Origin: an uncultured Candidatus Entotheonella sp.
GTDB lineage: Bacteria > Tectomicrobia > Entotheonellia > Entotheonellales > Entotheonellaceae
Assembly: GCA_965215335.1 (NCBI GenBank)
Contig: CBDCDA010000001.1
Span: 448,001-512,000, forward strand
Length of the DNA stretch: 64,000 nt
Direction of reading: 5' to 3'
The notes below the pieces were generated by a model. That model saw only the letters and a list, made by a program, of their open reading frames with translations, was not told where the DNA came from and searched no databases. The translations under genes were made by a program, and so were the position numbers. Below are positions 30,945-40,989 of the stretch, one piece after another. Position 1 is the stretch's first letter. Each line of letters begins with the position of its first letter.

Positions 30945-31555
30945 CTACATCATCTGTAGAAAATTTCGGACATGACTGAAAACATTGTGCCGCAAGTCCA
31001 GTAACCCTTCTTTGCCGCCACGCCTACGGACAAATGGGGATCGGGCTTTGTTGTCAGATAGACACGAGCACGGGCCTTGTCCGGTCTGCTGAGGGACACG
31101 TCCGACAACTGTTCGACACACTTGAAAAAGCCATCGATGCATTGATCCACCGGAGTAGCCGCAAAGCTTTCGCAAAGGAGTGTCTCCAGCATACCCTGGC
31201 GACTTGCGTCGGGCAGTATCAGTGCTGTTACCGCTGGGCGGGTGCCAGTGCGCTTTTCGGGGCTGTCCGGCACAGGCAGTCCGGCGTTCTCCAACGAGGA
31301 CCGGACGCTTTGGAACGCCCCCGTGGGGGACGTTTCGGCGTCGCGGACAATGCCGATACGCTGAACAGTGCTACGAAAGTCGGGGGCATCCACAAGGGCG
31401 CGCAGAAAGCCACGCAGTTCGCGCACGCCGCCGAAGTCCTGAACCTGGATATTCTCAAGTGACAGATGTTCGATGAACACTTCGAAGAAATTGCGCTGAT
31501 CATTGCCCTCGACAAGAAGCTGAACCGGCGATTCGATTCGTATGGGTTTCGGCAT
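30945..31555 (-). CDS. DUF3226-like TOPRIM-fold protein, probable frameshift near the C-terminus
   Basis: LLVEGND, GIVRDAE, GMLETL, KARARVYL; the expected tail GYW-DLRHNVFSHVRNFL lies in another frame from about 30999. Confidence 0.7.
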
Positions 31556-31556
31556 G

Positions 31557-32603
31557 TCAGCGCACCTCAAGACCGTGTCGGATTGCAGCGTCGATTGAAT
31601 CCGGTTCATAGGTGACACAGCGGCTCATCTCGCCGTCGGCTTCAAGCCGGTGCAACCGAAACCTGTCGGTGCTCAGGGATTCATGCGCCGCGGCCACGCA
31701 TTCAAGATTGTGCGTGGTGGCGAATATCTGTGTGCGAAACTGCCTGGCCGCCGTATCTATGGCCCGCCAGATATCGGACAGCACGGAGTGGTGAAAGCCG
31801 TTTTCAACCTCGTCTACCAGAACAACACCATTCGGTGTGGCGGCTATCGCCAGAACAATCCGGGCTATTTGGGTCATCCCCTCGCCCATGACGGACAGCG
31901 GCACCAGCTCGGACAACCCGATATCTCCCCAGATCATCGGTGTGCCACTTGACGAATTGTCCTCGATACTTTGCAGTCTCGGGTCGACGACCTGCAGTCC
32001 TTTTACGAGCAGATCTCCCTGTTTCTGGCGTCTCAACCTTCCTAGCCTTGTGGCATCTTCACGGATATTTCTGATTCGAGGTAACAGAATGGTCGCGGGG
32101 AACGGGACTCTCGTAGCCGGCTGAGTTATTTCAACCCCTTGTCCTTCCAGACGTATGTGGCTCTTGGCCGGCTTCTTGGAAGTGCCCCTGAAATACTGAA
32201 ATGCGAGGGAACGTTCGTCAAAAATGTTCGTCTCCGAAATTCTGCCTGTACAGTCAAGGGGAATCTCCGTGGAGGCCTGGAGTTCCGAGGCGATTTCCAA
32301 AGTCAATCGACCGCGCGATGTATGCACCCCCTTAATCTCAATGGCCTGCCCCATGTCCAGGTTGAAGAACAACTGTTTCCAGAAAGGCTCACCTGCCGGG
32401 ACGCCGTTTGATTCCAAACCGCGGATGACGTTCGCGTTCAATGCCATTTGTGCATTTCCGGCCCCGGCCAACAGGAAAAGTGCCTCAAGCAAGCTGGTCT
32501 TGCCGGAGTTGTTCCTGCCGGCAATGAGATTGATGGCACTCAGCTGATCGATGTTGAGATCGTTGAAACCGCGAAAATTGCGTATCTGCAAACGTTTCAA
32601 CAC
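31557..32603 (-). CDS. ABC/AAA_21-type ATPase
   Basis: IRNFRGF, GRNNSGKTS (Walker A), MGEG signature, LVDEVENGFH (Walker B), FATTH. Confidence 0.9.
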   Translation of the reverse strand: MLKRLQIRNFRGFNDLNIDQLSAINLIAGRNNSGKTSLLEALFLLAGAGNAQMALNANVIRGLESNGVPAGEPFWKQLFFNLDMGQAIEIKGVHTSRGRLTLEIASELQASTEIPLDCTGRISETNIFDERSLAFQYFRGTSKKPAKSHIRLEGQGVEITQPATRVPFPATILLPRIRNIREDATRLGRLRRQKQGDLLVKGLQVVDPRLQSIEDNSSSGTPMIWGDIGLSELVPLSVMGEGMTQIARIVLAIAATPNGVVLVDEVENGFHHSVLSDIWRAIDTAARQFRTQIFATTHNLECVAAAHESLSTDRFRLHRLEADGEMSRCVTYEPDSIDAAIRHGLEVR

Positions 32604-32844
32604 AGCTTTCACTCCTCGCTTGTCAGGCTTCCCAGGCTTTTCGCAGCTGCCCAGGCATGCACATTGAAAGCGCGATCGGGGTCGGCGCGGTTCGGGTTGC
32701 ACTTTTCGGACAAAGCCGCCACGTGGCGGCCAGCGTTCGTTCAGGCATTATAGGCGTTAAACGTTTGGTGCAGCATCGCCGGCAACAAAGCCTCCACATC
32801 CTGCCTCGCACTTTCACGTAGAGCCTCCATTTGACGCAATGGCC

Positions 32845-32921
32845 TCGGTCGGGCCAGTGGTGTCGAAGAAGATCAGGTTGGTCGGAATGTCGGTATAGGG
32901 CGCGAACACGCCGTCGGGTAA
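32845..32921 (-). pseudogene. Type I RM methyltransferase (hsdM) fragment
   Basis: LPDGVFAPYTDIPTNLIFFD continues FNLHTVVRL found on the other side of the IS. Confidence 0.75.
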
Positions 32922-34206
32922 GGAATTTGATCCAATTTAGGTTTCCAACTTCATCGTGGGTGTAACTCATAGTTCCAGTCGCCGTGGAACGCGTTGCGAT
33001 GGAGCGACAGGGCGTCCATCTCGGCGTTCGTCGTCACCACTGCGGTCGGGTATGTTCTTGCGTCAAGTTCGGCTCTGACCCGAAGACCTGCGTTGGTACG
33101 CGTATTGCCGATCAAATCGACTATGGTCTCAAAGGTCCGCAACGGCTTGCCTCGCCAATTCTGCGTGATGTGGCAGAACAGACGATGCTCGATCTTGTTC
33201 CATTTGCTGGTACCGGGCGGGAAGTGGCTGACGTGGATGCGCACACCCGTCTCGTCGGCAAACTGTTGCAGTCCGTGCTTCCAGGCGCGACAGCGATACC
33301 CGTTGCTACCGCCCGCATCGGCAGTGATGAATAGCTCACGAGCCTCGGAGTAGCGACGCTTGCCCATCTCGTCCCACCACCGCCGCAGCGAGGCCACCGC
33401 GAACGCCGGCGTGTCGTGGTCACACCCAACACTGACCCATGCTTCGTTGCCTCCCATATCATAGATGCCATAGGGAATGGCCTTGCCCGTCGCGTCCTGA
33501 GGAAAGTCGTGAACCCGTGATTGCTCGGGCTGCCCCTTCGGTTGCCACTCCCGGCCAGCGTTCTTGAAATCACCCACCAACTCCTTCTTCTTGGTGTCGA
33601 CCGATACCACCGGCTGACCGCGTTGCAAAAACTCATCTGCCTTTGAATTGATATGTTCGAACTGTGCATTGCGATCGGGGTGCGACGCCCCTTCTCGACT
33701 CTTGCGCACCGATTGCAGGCGATAGCCGAGCTCATGCAGTAAACGGCCCACCGTCGTCGAACTGACCTTCCAGCCAGCCTTCGACAGCGCCACGGTGAGC
33801 TTCGCTTTGCTCTTGCACGTCCACCTCAACGGCGACTGCGGGTCGCCGCGAGTCAACGGATCAACCAACTGCTCCAGCGCTTGCTTGATGCCCGGCTGAG
33901 ACTGCTCGATGCCCGGTCGTCCAGCGCCCGGTCGGCGCACCCGGCCAAACTCAGTGCCACCACCTGCCAGCTCTCGGCGTCCCGCCCGAATGGTCGGGCG
34001 CGACAATCCTGTCGCATCCGACACCAGGGCATCTCCTCCATAGCCGATGGCACGCGACTCCGTGGCTGCCCAGATACGACGCCCACGCTCATCAAGAAAC
34101 GCTTCGATCGCCGCGTACTTCTCAACAATGGTGGCTTCGAGTTCGTGATCGCGCCTCATTGAAACACAAAACTCAAAACATGAAAAACTAATTTGCGACA
34201 AATTCC
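32922..34206 (-). mobile_element. ISAzo13-family insertion sequence
   Basis: Ends GGAATTTG / CAAATTCC; TAA target duplication at 32919-32921 and 34207-34209. Confidence 0.92.
32951..34159 (-). CDS. ISAzo13 family transposase
   Basis: HPDRNAQFEHIN, SVDTKKKELVG, ADAGGSN, PPGTSKWNKIEHRLF. Confidence 0.95.
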   Translation of the reverse strand: MRRDHELEATIVEKYAAIEAFLDERGRRIWAATESRAIGYGGDALVSDATGLSRPTIRAGRRELAGGGTEFGRVRRPGAGRPGIEQSQPGIKQALEQLVDPLTRGDPQSPLRWTCKSKAKLTVALSKAGWKVSSTTVGRLLHELGYRLQSVRKSREGASHPDRNAQFEHINSKADEFLQRGQPVVSVDTKKKELVGDFKNAGREWQPKGQPEQSRVHDFPQDATGKAIPYGIYDMGGNEAWVSVGCDHDTPAFAVASLRRWWDEMGKRRYSEARELFITADAGGSNGYRCRAWKHGLQQFADETGVRIHVSHFPPGTSKWNKIEHRLFCHITQNWRGKPLRTFETIVDLIGNTRTNAGLRVRAELDARTYPTAVVTTNAEMDALSLHRNAFHGDWNYELHPR

Positions 34207-34209
34207 TAA

Positions 34210-35070
34210 GCGCACCACGGTGTGCAGATTGAAGCGCGCCAGCAGGTCGGCATTCAGCCTGGCCAGCGCGAGCCGCATCTCCAGCGCGTGTTCCTGATTG
34301 ACGCAGAAAACGAGGGTCTTGGCAAAGCGGTCGGTCTGTTTGAGAAAGTCCGTCAGGTGGCGCGCGATGGCCGCGGTGCGCGCCAGCAGACGCCACGAGG
34401 CGCTCGAAGTCACTGGGTGGTGTATTCCTTGTCTGGGACCTGCCGGCCGTAGCGGTCCAGTTCCCCCTTCTGCGGCCGCCAGCCGGCGGCGTCGGTGTCG
34501 GTAATGACCCGGTGCACGCGGTAGAGTGCCAGGAAGCCGTCGTCGATACCCTGCGCCAGGCTGTATTCGTAGAGCGGAGCGCCGAAATAGTCGTAGGTGT
34601 CGATGTTGTCCGCGCGCCGCGGGGTGGCCGTCATGCCGACCTGCGTGGCTGGCGCGAACCATTCCAGGATGTCGCGCCAATTGCTGTCGTCCCGCGCGCT
34701 GCCGCGGTGGCATTCGTCGATGGTGACCGGATCAAAGAAGTCGCGCGGATAGTCGCGGTACAGACCGGGCCGGTTCTCGTCGTGGGCGATGGCCTGGTAG
34801 ATGGCGAAGTACATGTCGTGGCTGGTGACCGCCCGACCTGCGGTGATTTTATGCCGCGCGTCGCCGAACGGGCGGAAGTCCTTGGCCATGGGATCGTCCA
34901 CCAGAACGTTGCGGTCGGACAGGAAGAGGATTTGCGGACCATAGTTTCCAGCAGATCTGGAACTGGAAGGCGACCGCTGTCTTTCCCGCGCCGGCGCACA
35001 GCGTCGGCAACATGCGGCGGCCTTGCAAGACGGTCTGCACGGCCCGGCACACGGCAATTTCTGGTAGTCG
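34210..35070 (-). pseudogene. Type I RM HsdR (EcoAI-like) remnant fused by deletion to hsdM
   Basis: GAGKTAVAFQ, ILFLSDRN, IDECHRGSA, GMTATP, YEYSLAQGIDDGFL, KTLVFCV..EHA; several frameshifts and deletions. Confidence 0.85.
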
Positions 35071-35135
35071 CTGAGCGCGTCGCGCAGCACGTCGCAGGCG
35101 CTTGGTTCTTGGCCCATCGCCGCAGGACATCGCGG

Positions 35136-36065
35136 TCAATCCGCCAAGTTGAGCAGGCTTTCAAGCTCACCGATGATGGTGAGCGCGGATTGTGCCGCCG
35201 GCTGCGGCAGGTCGGCTGCGCCCTCGGCTCTCTGCCGCTGCCGCTCGAGAGCCGCGCGGGCCTGCTGGTCGGTTGTGCCCTCCTGAAAGGTCCTCAGGAA
35301 CTCTCGCCAGTACTTCGAGTTGATGCCGCACAGTTGGACGTCGCCCAGCTTCTGCATGTACGCGTCCATCATGCCGGTTCGCGCCAATCGTCCGAAATTC
35401 CCGCCCCCATCCGCTCTTGGTCGGTCGAGGATCTGATCGGACTTCCGTGGATACGGCTGTATTCCGTCCGGCACGTCGATCTGCGTGTCCAACCTCGTCC
35501 GCCGCACGTGCTGCCAGTGGTGATTCCGATGGGCCGCCGCGAATCTCGCGGATTCAACGAACGGCTCGAAAAGGATCGGCGAACCGCTGATGACGTTGGC
35601 CAAGACCCACGGAACCACGACGATGAGATCTTGAACGGCGCACGCTTCCTCGGTGACCTGGAACCTCAGACTCGGTTCCGCTTCCTTGGCGAGCAGGTAC
35701 CATCCCTTGAGTTCGATGCCCATCAGGATCTCGTCGCCCGCGATCCGGCGCAGCAGAACGTCGGGGAAGGTCTGCGCCTGTCGGACAAAGCTGTAAAGCG
35801 CAGACCGGCCGTTCGGATCCCACGTGTTCCGTATCAGGTTCAACGTGCGAACGACCTGCTCTTCGATGGTGGCACCGAGCACCGTGTTCAACGTGTGCAG
35901 ATCGGTCGCCATGATGCCGGAAATGTGCGTCTCCGTACGGAAATAGACCGGGAGAGACGCGACAGCTTCACGGATTCCGTTGTACAGATCCAGGTGTTCC
36001 CAGTCTTCGAGAGGTAGACTTCGCTCCGGCGGGGCCGGAATACCGGGGCCACGTTCGCCGTTCAC
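35136..36065 (-). CDS. Putative type II restriction endonuclease
   Basis: FPDVLL...GIELKGW PD-(D/E)xK-like motif; overlaps the MTase stop. Confidence 0.6.
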   Translation of the reverse strand: MNGERGPGIPAPPERSLPLEDWEHLDLYNGIREAVASLPVYFRTETHISGIMATDLHTLNTVLGATIEEQVVRTLNLIRNTWDPNGRSALYSFVRQAQTFPDVLLRRIAGDEILMGIELKGWYLLAKEAEPSLRFQVTEEACAVQDLIVVVPWVLANVISGSPILFEPFVESARFAAAHRNHHWQHVRRTRLDTQIDVPDGIQPYPRKSDQILDRPRADGGGNFGRLARTGMMDAYMQKLGDVQLCGINSKYWREFLRTFQEGTTDQQARAALERQRQRAEGAADLPQPAAQSALTIIGELESLLNLAD

Positions 36066-37255
36066 GCTGCGGCCAACCTCTCCGCGGCAGCGACGTAGAA
36101 CTCAGGTACCGTCTCGGCAGCGTAGTACTCCCGGCCACTGAGAAACGAGACGACGGCACCCGGACACAAGCCCCCGAACGGCTCCCAAACGACGTCGCCT
36201 CGGTCCGTCGATGCTCGCACGATTCGGTCGATGAACCGGAGCGGCTTCTGACTGCCATGCAGGCTACGAAACTTGTACTTCATCCTGTTGCGCGACCCCT
36301 GAATTCGCTCCGCACCGCTAACCTGCGGTTCACGCCAGACGTTCGTGACGCCAACGGTACACGAGAACTTCGCGCGTAGCGCCGCCCACTCGCGGCCGGA
36401 CAAGGGGCGCCGCCCATCCACGCTGAAGAAGGGTCGCCCAGCCGGACGACCATGCACATTCGCGTACTCGACCAGCTTCACGAACGCCTCGACCGGCGGG
36501 TAGTACCACAAGTGGTCGCCAGTCAGGTACTTGCGCGTCGCGGCGTTCAACACCCCGCAGGCCTCGTTTGCCACGCGCAAGGGCAGGCCGGTTCGGCGCC
36601 ACTCCGACCGCAGCCATTCCTGCATGTTCAAGGCACGCTCTCCGACGGTGAACCGAGCCGCCTTGACATAGTGCACGCATACCTCGGTGACGATCGGAAA
36701 CTTCCTCAAGGTCTGCGTGTTGGCATTCCCTGCGATGTGGCCGATGCCCTTGTCCCAGATGTTGCAGCAGCGATACTCCCAGCCGTACTCCGCAAGCACC
36801 GGATGGACATTGGCCCAACCGATCTCGGTGTTCCAGAACCACAAGGTGGTGGCTGGCGTCGAACGAGCGCTCCACGCGCGGACATGGGGTTCGTACCACT
36901 CGGCTAACGACTCTGCCGTGCGGCGATCGCCTGGGAAGCCATCGATACCGTACGGGCCATCCGAGATCAGACAGGTTGGAGCGGGCCACTCGGCGTACAA
37001 GTCCTCCGCGAGGCCGAAGTGGAGAGATGCCGTTCCGCGACAGAAGCGCTCGCCGGGCGCGGGTCTCGGCCGGCGGTGATTGTGCTGCGGAAACAATTTC
37101 CGTTGCGGTCCAGAGTCGTTCGTGGCCCCTACTTTCTGCACCGCCTCGGCATCCCGACAGTCTACGATAGCGCTCGGATCGTTGCCGGGACGCGTCCCGG
37201 GACTGCCCAGATCAGACGAGTTCTCCGCACCTCGCCGTCTTGTGGATGTGCTCAC
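36062..37255 (-). CDS. Beta-class N4/N6 DNA methyltransferase (start uncertain)
   Basis: SDGPY catalytic motif precedes HGSQKP and WEPFGG (SAM motif). Confidence 0.85.
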   Translation of the reverse strand: MSTSTRRRGAENSSDLGSPGTRPGNDPSAIVDCRDAEAVQKVGATNDSGPQRKLFPQHNHRRPRPAPGERFCRGTASLHFGLAEDLYAEWPAPTCLISDGPYGIDGFPGDRRTAESLAEWYEPHVRAWSARSTPATTLWFWNTEIGWANVHPVLAEYGWEYRCCNIWDKGIGHIAGNANTQTLRKFPIVTEVCVHYVKAARFTVGERALNMQEWLRSEWRRTGLPLRVANEACGVLNAATRKYLTGDHLWYYPPVEAFVKLVEYANVHGRPAGRPFFSVDGRRPLSGREWAALRAKFSCTVGVTNVWREPQVSGAERIQGSRNRMKYKFRSLHGSQKPLRFIDRIVRASTDRGDVVWEPFGGLCPGAVVSFLSGREYYAAETVPEFYVAAAERLAAA

Positions 37256-37388
37256 GTCCGCCTCTGGCCAGCAGGATGCACAGCGCGGCAACCAGCATCA
37301 CGCTCCAGCCCTTCATGCGGGCCGAATCCGTCGCGAGGCGGTTGACGACGCCCTGGATGAGTTCGAGGTGCTTCAGCTTGGCATCCAT
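37212..37388 (-). pseudogene. Truncated small membrane protein
   Basis: MDAKLKHLELIQGVVNRLATDSARMKGWSVMLVAALCILL followed by an early stop; resembles TM proteins found in defence loci. Confidence 0.5.
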
Positions 37389-37790
37389 ACGGTGGCGATT
37401 CCAAGGGGCGCCCCTGGGAGGGCGCAGGCACGTCTACCGACGGACGCATGGGCCAACATGACCGGATCGGTCGCCGCTCTCCTGGGCAACAGCCGACGGC
37501 CGGCGCCGGGCCTTGGCGGCCCGGCCGCAAGTACCGCACAACGGGCAGCGTATCACAAGTCGCGGCCGTCCTCCACGAGCACGGTCATGGACGGCACCAC
37601 GCGGTCCACGGATGCTGTCGGCGGGGGGCGAGGCGTCGTTCAAGGCGCGTAGTCGGATGCGCGACGGGGGCCGTTGGCGATGGGAGCAGTCGAGGGGGTG
37701 AGGCGGCCGCAACGGCGGCCACACCGGCCGGGGTAGGGGCGTTGGCCTTCCTGCCAAGGAAGATTCTCAAGGGGAGCGACCCGGCCCGGC

Positions 37791-37827
37791 AGGTGTGACG
37801 GAGGATGTGACTGGAGGTGTGACTGGG
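37791..37827. repeat. Three short direct repeats (AGG.TGTGAC.GG)
   Basis: aggtgtgacgg aggatgtgactgg aggtgtgactgg at the island edge. Confidence 0.55.
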
Positions 37828-37966
37828 CGTGTAATTTGGTCACGCCATAGGGCAACGTGATCGAGTCCGTGGGTCACACTGAGCCATGTCAAGCGGCACG
37901 CAGCGCAGATCGCCAGAAAACAAGGATTGCTCTGTGTCCGTACCGTTCGGGTCGGCGATCTGGCCA

Positions 37967-38512
37967 GGCCCAGGACCTATAAAGGGTTATCATTGAACAT
38001 ATCGGATTCAAGACCCTGACTCCATGGGGAGGCTCATCATGCCTGATCATCACTTCTGGCTCTCCGATGCGCAGTTTGCCCGACTCCAACCCCTGCTGCC
38101 CAACAAGGTGCGCGGCGTCCCACGCGTCGATGACCGAAAGGTCATCAGCGGCATCATCCACGTCATTCGCCACGGCCTCATCAGGTCAGCGACTATCGCG
38201 GGGCTGATACGATTGTGCCTGCTCTACCGGCGTCCGGGGTCCTGATTGCCGACAAGGGCCATGACAGCAACCGGTTGCGCCGGGCGCTTGCCAGGCGAGG
38301 CATGGCGTCGTGCATTCCGGGCCGTGCCAATCGTAAAGAGCCGATTGTCCACGACCGCGAGCTTTACAAGAGTCGTAACTTCATCGAGCGTCTGTTTGGC
38401 CGTCTCAAGGATTGGCGTCGCATCGCCACGCGCCATGACCGGTGTGCGCACACCTTTTTCAGTGCCATCTGTCTTGCTGCCACGGTCATCTTCTGGTTAT
38501 GAGTCCTGAACC
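37967..38512 (+). mobile_element. IS5-family element with internally deleted transposase
   Basis: Imperfect TIRs GGCCCAGGACCTATAA / TTATGAGTCCTGAACC; N-terminal fragment plus ADKGHD..RNFIERLFGRLKDWRRIATR; only about 550 bp. Confidence 0.85.
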
Positions 38513-38626
38513 TGAGTCCCCACACCGGAAATCCTTGACACTCGAATTCCCAAGCGTCGAAAATGAACCGTTCTTGAACAGGCTAAATCTCGATACGCAG
38601 GAACGATATGGGGGACAGGACACACG

Positions 38627-40957
38627 ATGGCGAGCGCGTTGGATGGCATCACGGTGTTGGAACTGAGCCACAGTCCGGCAGGGGCCATGGCCGGCATGTT
38701 TCTTGGCGACCACGGCGCCCGGGTCATCCGGCTGCTCGACCGTAACGCGCCAGCCACGCGGCGTGGCGGCTATCGGGTGTGGGACCGCGGCAAGGCATGC
38801 CATCAGTTGGACCTGTCGCAGGCCACGGCCTATGAACACCTGATTCGCAGCGCCGACGTCGTCCTCGAAGACTTCCCGCCTTCATCCGACCGACAGGCTC
38901 TGGTGCGGCCCAATTGGCTCGCCGCCCTCAATCCCCGCCTGATTCACTGCTCCATCACCGCCTACGGCAAGCACGGTCCGCTCAGAGACGAACCGGCCAT
39001 CGACGAACTCGTGATGGCGCGCATGGGTATCCTGGCAACCATGCCCGGTTACCGCCCCGGGCCCGTGCACGTGGTGCACCCGCTGCCCAGCGTCGGGGCG
39101 GCGCTCTTCGCCGCCATCGGCATAGCGGCGTCATTGCTGGCCAGAGAGAAGACGGGTAGAGGACGAAGCGTGGAAACGTCCCTGATGGCGGGGAGCCTGC
39201 TGTATCAGCCGAAAGTGGTGGCGCAACACCTGGACCCACGGCCCTTTCAGACCCACCCGGCCGGCAGCGGACCGTTCTACAGCGTCTACGCCTGCGCTGA
39301 CGGCAACTGGGTGCAATTGGGCTGTGTGCATCTCGGCTTCATCCAAATCGCGGCGAAAGTCATGGGTATCGCTGACGTGCTCGACGACCCGCGCTTCGGT
39401 GGCGGGCAAATCCCGGTGTCCCCCGAGGCGGACCTCGACCTGCGGGCGCGCATTGCCGAAGCGATCGTGACGCGGCCTTACGCCCACTGGGCCAGGTGCT
39501 TCGAGGACGCCGACGTGCCATTCGCGCTGGCGCGGACCACCGAAGAGGGGTTGAACGACCCGCAGGTGCGGGCCAACGGCATGGTCAAGACACTGACGGA
39601 CCCCGAAGTTGGCCCACTGACGCAAATGGGCGTGCCCGTTCAACTCTCTCAGACACCCGGACGGATTCGGGGGCCGCGCACGCTGTCTGGCCTATCGTCA
39701 GCGGACCTGATCGAGGATGCGGCAATCCCGGCGGCTGTATCGTCCACTCCGTTGCCTGAAACGGAATTCGATCTTCCCCTGAAAGACGTCAGGGTATTGG
39801 AGATTACCAACCTGATCGCCGGCCCCATCGCCGGACGCCTGTTGGCCGACCTCGGAGCCGACGTCATCAAAGTGGAACCCCACGCCGGCGACATTTCGCG
39901 CCCCCTCGGGCGCACGTATTTCTTCAGCGTCAACGTCAACAAACGCTCCCTGTGCCTCAACACGCACGAGCCGGATGGCAAGGTCGTGGCGCAGAAAGTG
40001 GCGGCCACTGCGGACGTCATGCTGGCCAACCTGCGCCCCGGCGCCACGGCGCGCATGGGCCTGGGGCCGGACAACTTGCGGGAATTGAATCCGCGCCTGA
40101 TCGAAACGCACGTGACTGGTTTCGGCGCCACGGGCCCCTACGCCCACCGGCCCGGCATCGATCCGCTGTCGCAAGCCCTCATGGGCCTGTCACGCGCCCA
40201 AGGTGGCGCGGAGAACCCACCCGTGTTCCCCGCTCAATTGGCACCCACCGATTACACCGCCGGCGCGATGGGCGCGTACGGTACCATCCTGGCCCTGTTC
40301 GTCCGCGAGCGTACCGGCCAAGCGCAGCGCGTCGATACCAATCTGCTCAATGGCGGCATCGTCCTCACGTCCGAGTGGTTCACGCGCTACGACGGCAAAC
40401 CCGCGCGCCCCTTGGCCGACAAGGGACAGTACGGCTTGACGGCGTTTCATCGCTTGTATGAATTGAAGAACGGCTGGTTGTACGTTGCCGCGGATACGCC
40501 AGACGCCCAGCGAGCCCTGTGCGAAGCCCTGGGTTGCGGGGCGAACCTGGAGAAACCAGACGTCGGGTTGGGAGCAGGGGAAGGGCACCCCGGCGTCGCC
40601 ACGCCGGCTGATGAACTGGCCCAGCGTTTTGCCGGCCTGCGCCTGACGGAGACCATGAAGCGGCTACAGTCCGCAAACGTTCCGTGTGCCCCCGTTGTCG
40701 GCGGTGACAGCGAGTCCTTCCTCGACAACCCACATGCCACCGACAACCAAATGGTTTTGGCATACGAACATCATGTTGTTGGCCACATGCTGGTTGCCGG
40801 GCATTACGTGCAATTCGGCAATACCCCCATCGTACCCGGCAAACCTACCCCCCTGCTGGGTCAGCACACACAGGACACGCTTCGGGAGGTCGGCTATACT
40901 GAGAACGCTATTGCCGACCTGTACGGCAAGGCAGTAGTCAAAACCGAAGACCCGTAG
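38627..40957 (+). CDS. Fused two-domain family III (CaiB/BaiF) CoA-transferase
   Basis: Two copies of the LxGxxVLE..AG..LxDxGAxVI / ADV..N.RPG / SITxYG..GP pattern. Confidence 0.9.
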   Translation: MASALDGITVLELSHSPAGAMAGMFLGDHGARVIRLLDRNAPATRRGGYRVWDRGKACHQLDLSQATAYEHLIRSADVVLEDFPPSSDRQALVRPNWLAALNPRLIHCSITAYGKHGPLRDEPAIDELVMARMGILATMPGYRPGPVHVVHPLPSVGAALFAAIGIAASLLAREKTGRGRSVETSLMAGSLLYQPKVVAQHLDPRPFQTHPAGSGPFYSVYACADGNWVQLGCVHLGFIQIAAKVMGIADVLDDPRFGGGQIPVSPEADLDLRARIAEAIVTRPYAHWARCFEDADVPFALARTTEEGLNDPQVRANGMVKTLTDPEVGPLTQMGVPVQLSQTPGRIRGPRTLSGLSSADLIEDAAIPAAVSSTPLPETEFDLPLKDVRVLEITNLIAGPIAGRLLADLGADVIKVEPHAGDISRPLGRTYFFSVNVNKRSLCLNTHEPDGKVVAQKVAATADVMLANLRPGATARMGLGPDNLRELNPRLIETHVTGFGATGPYAHRPGIDPLSQALMGLSRAQGGAENPPVFPAQLAPTDYTAGAMGAYGTILALFVRERTGQAQRVDTNLLNGGIVLTSEWFTRYDGKPARPLADKGQYGLTAFHRLYELKNGWLYVAADTPDAQRALCEALGCGANLEKPDVGLGAGEGHPGVATPADELAQRFAGLRLTETMKRLQSANVPCAPVVGGDSESFLDNPHATDNQMVLAYEHHVVGHMLVAGHYVQFGNTPIVPGKPTPLLGQHTQDTLREVGYTENAIADLYGKAVVKTEDP

Positions 40958-40989
40958 CCGCCTGACTGACCCCTGAAAGAAGAAACCCG

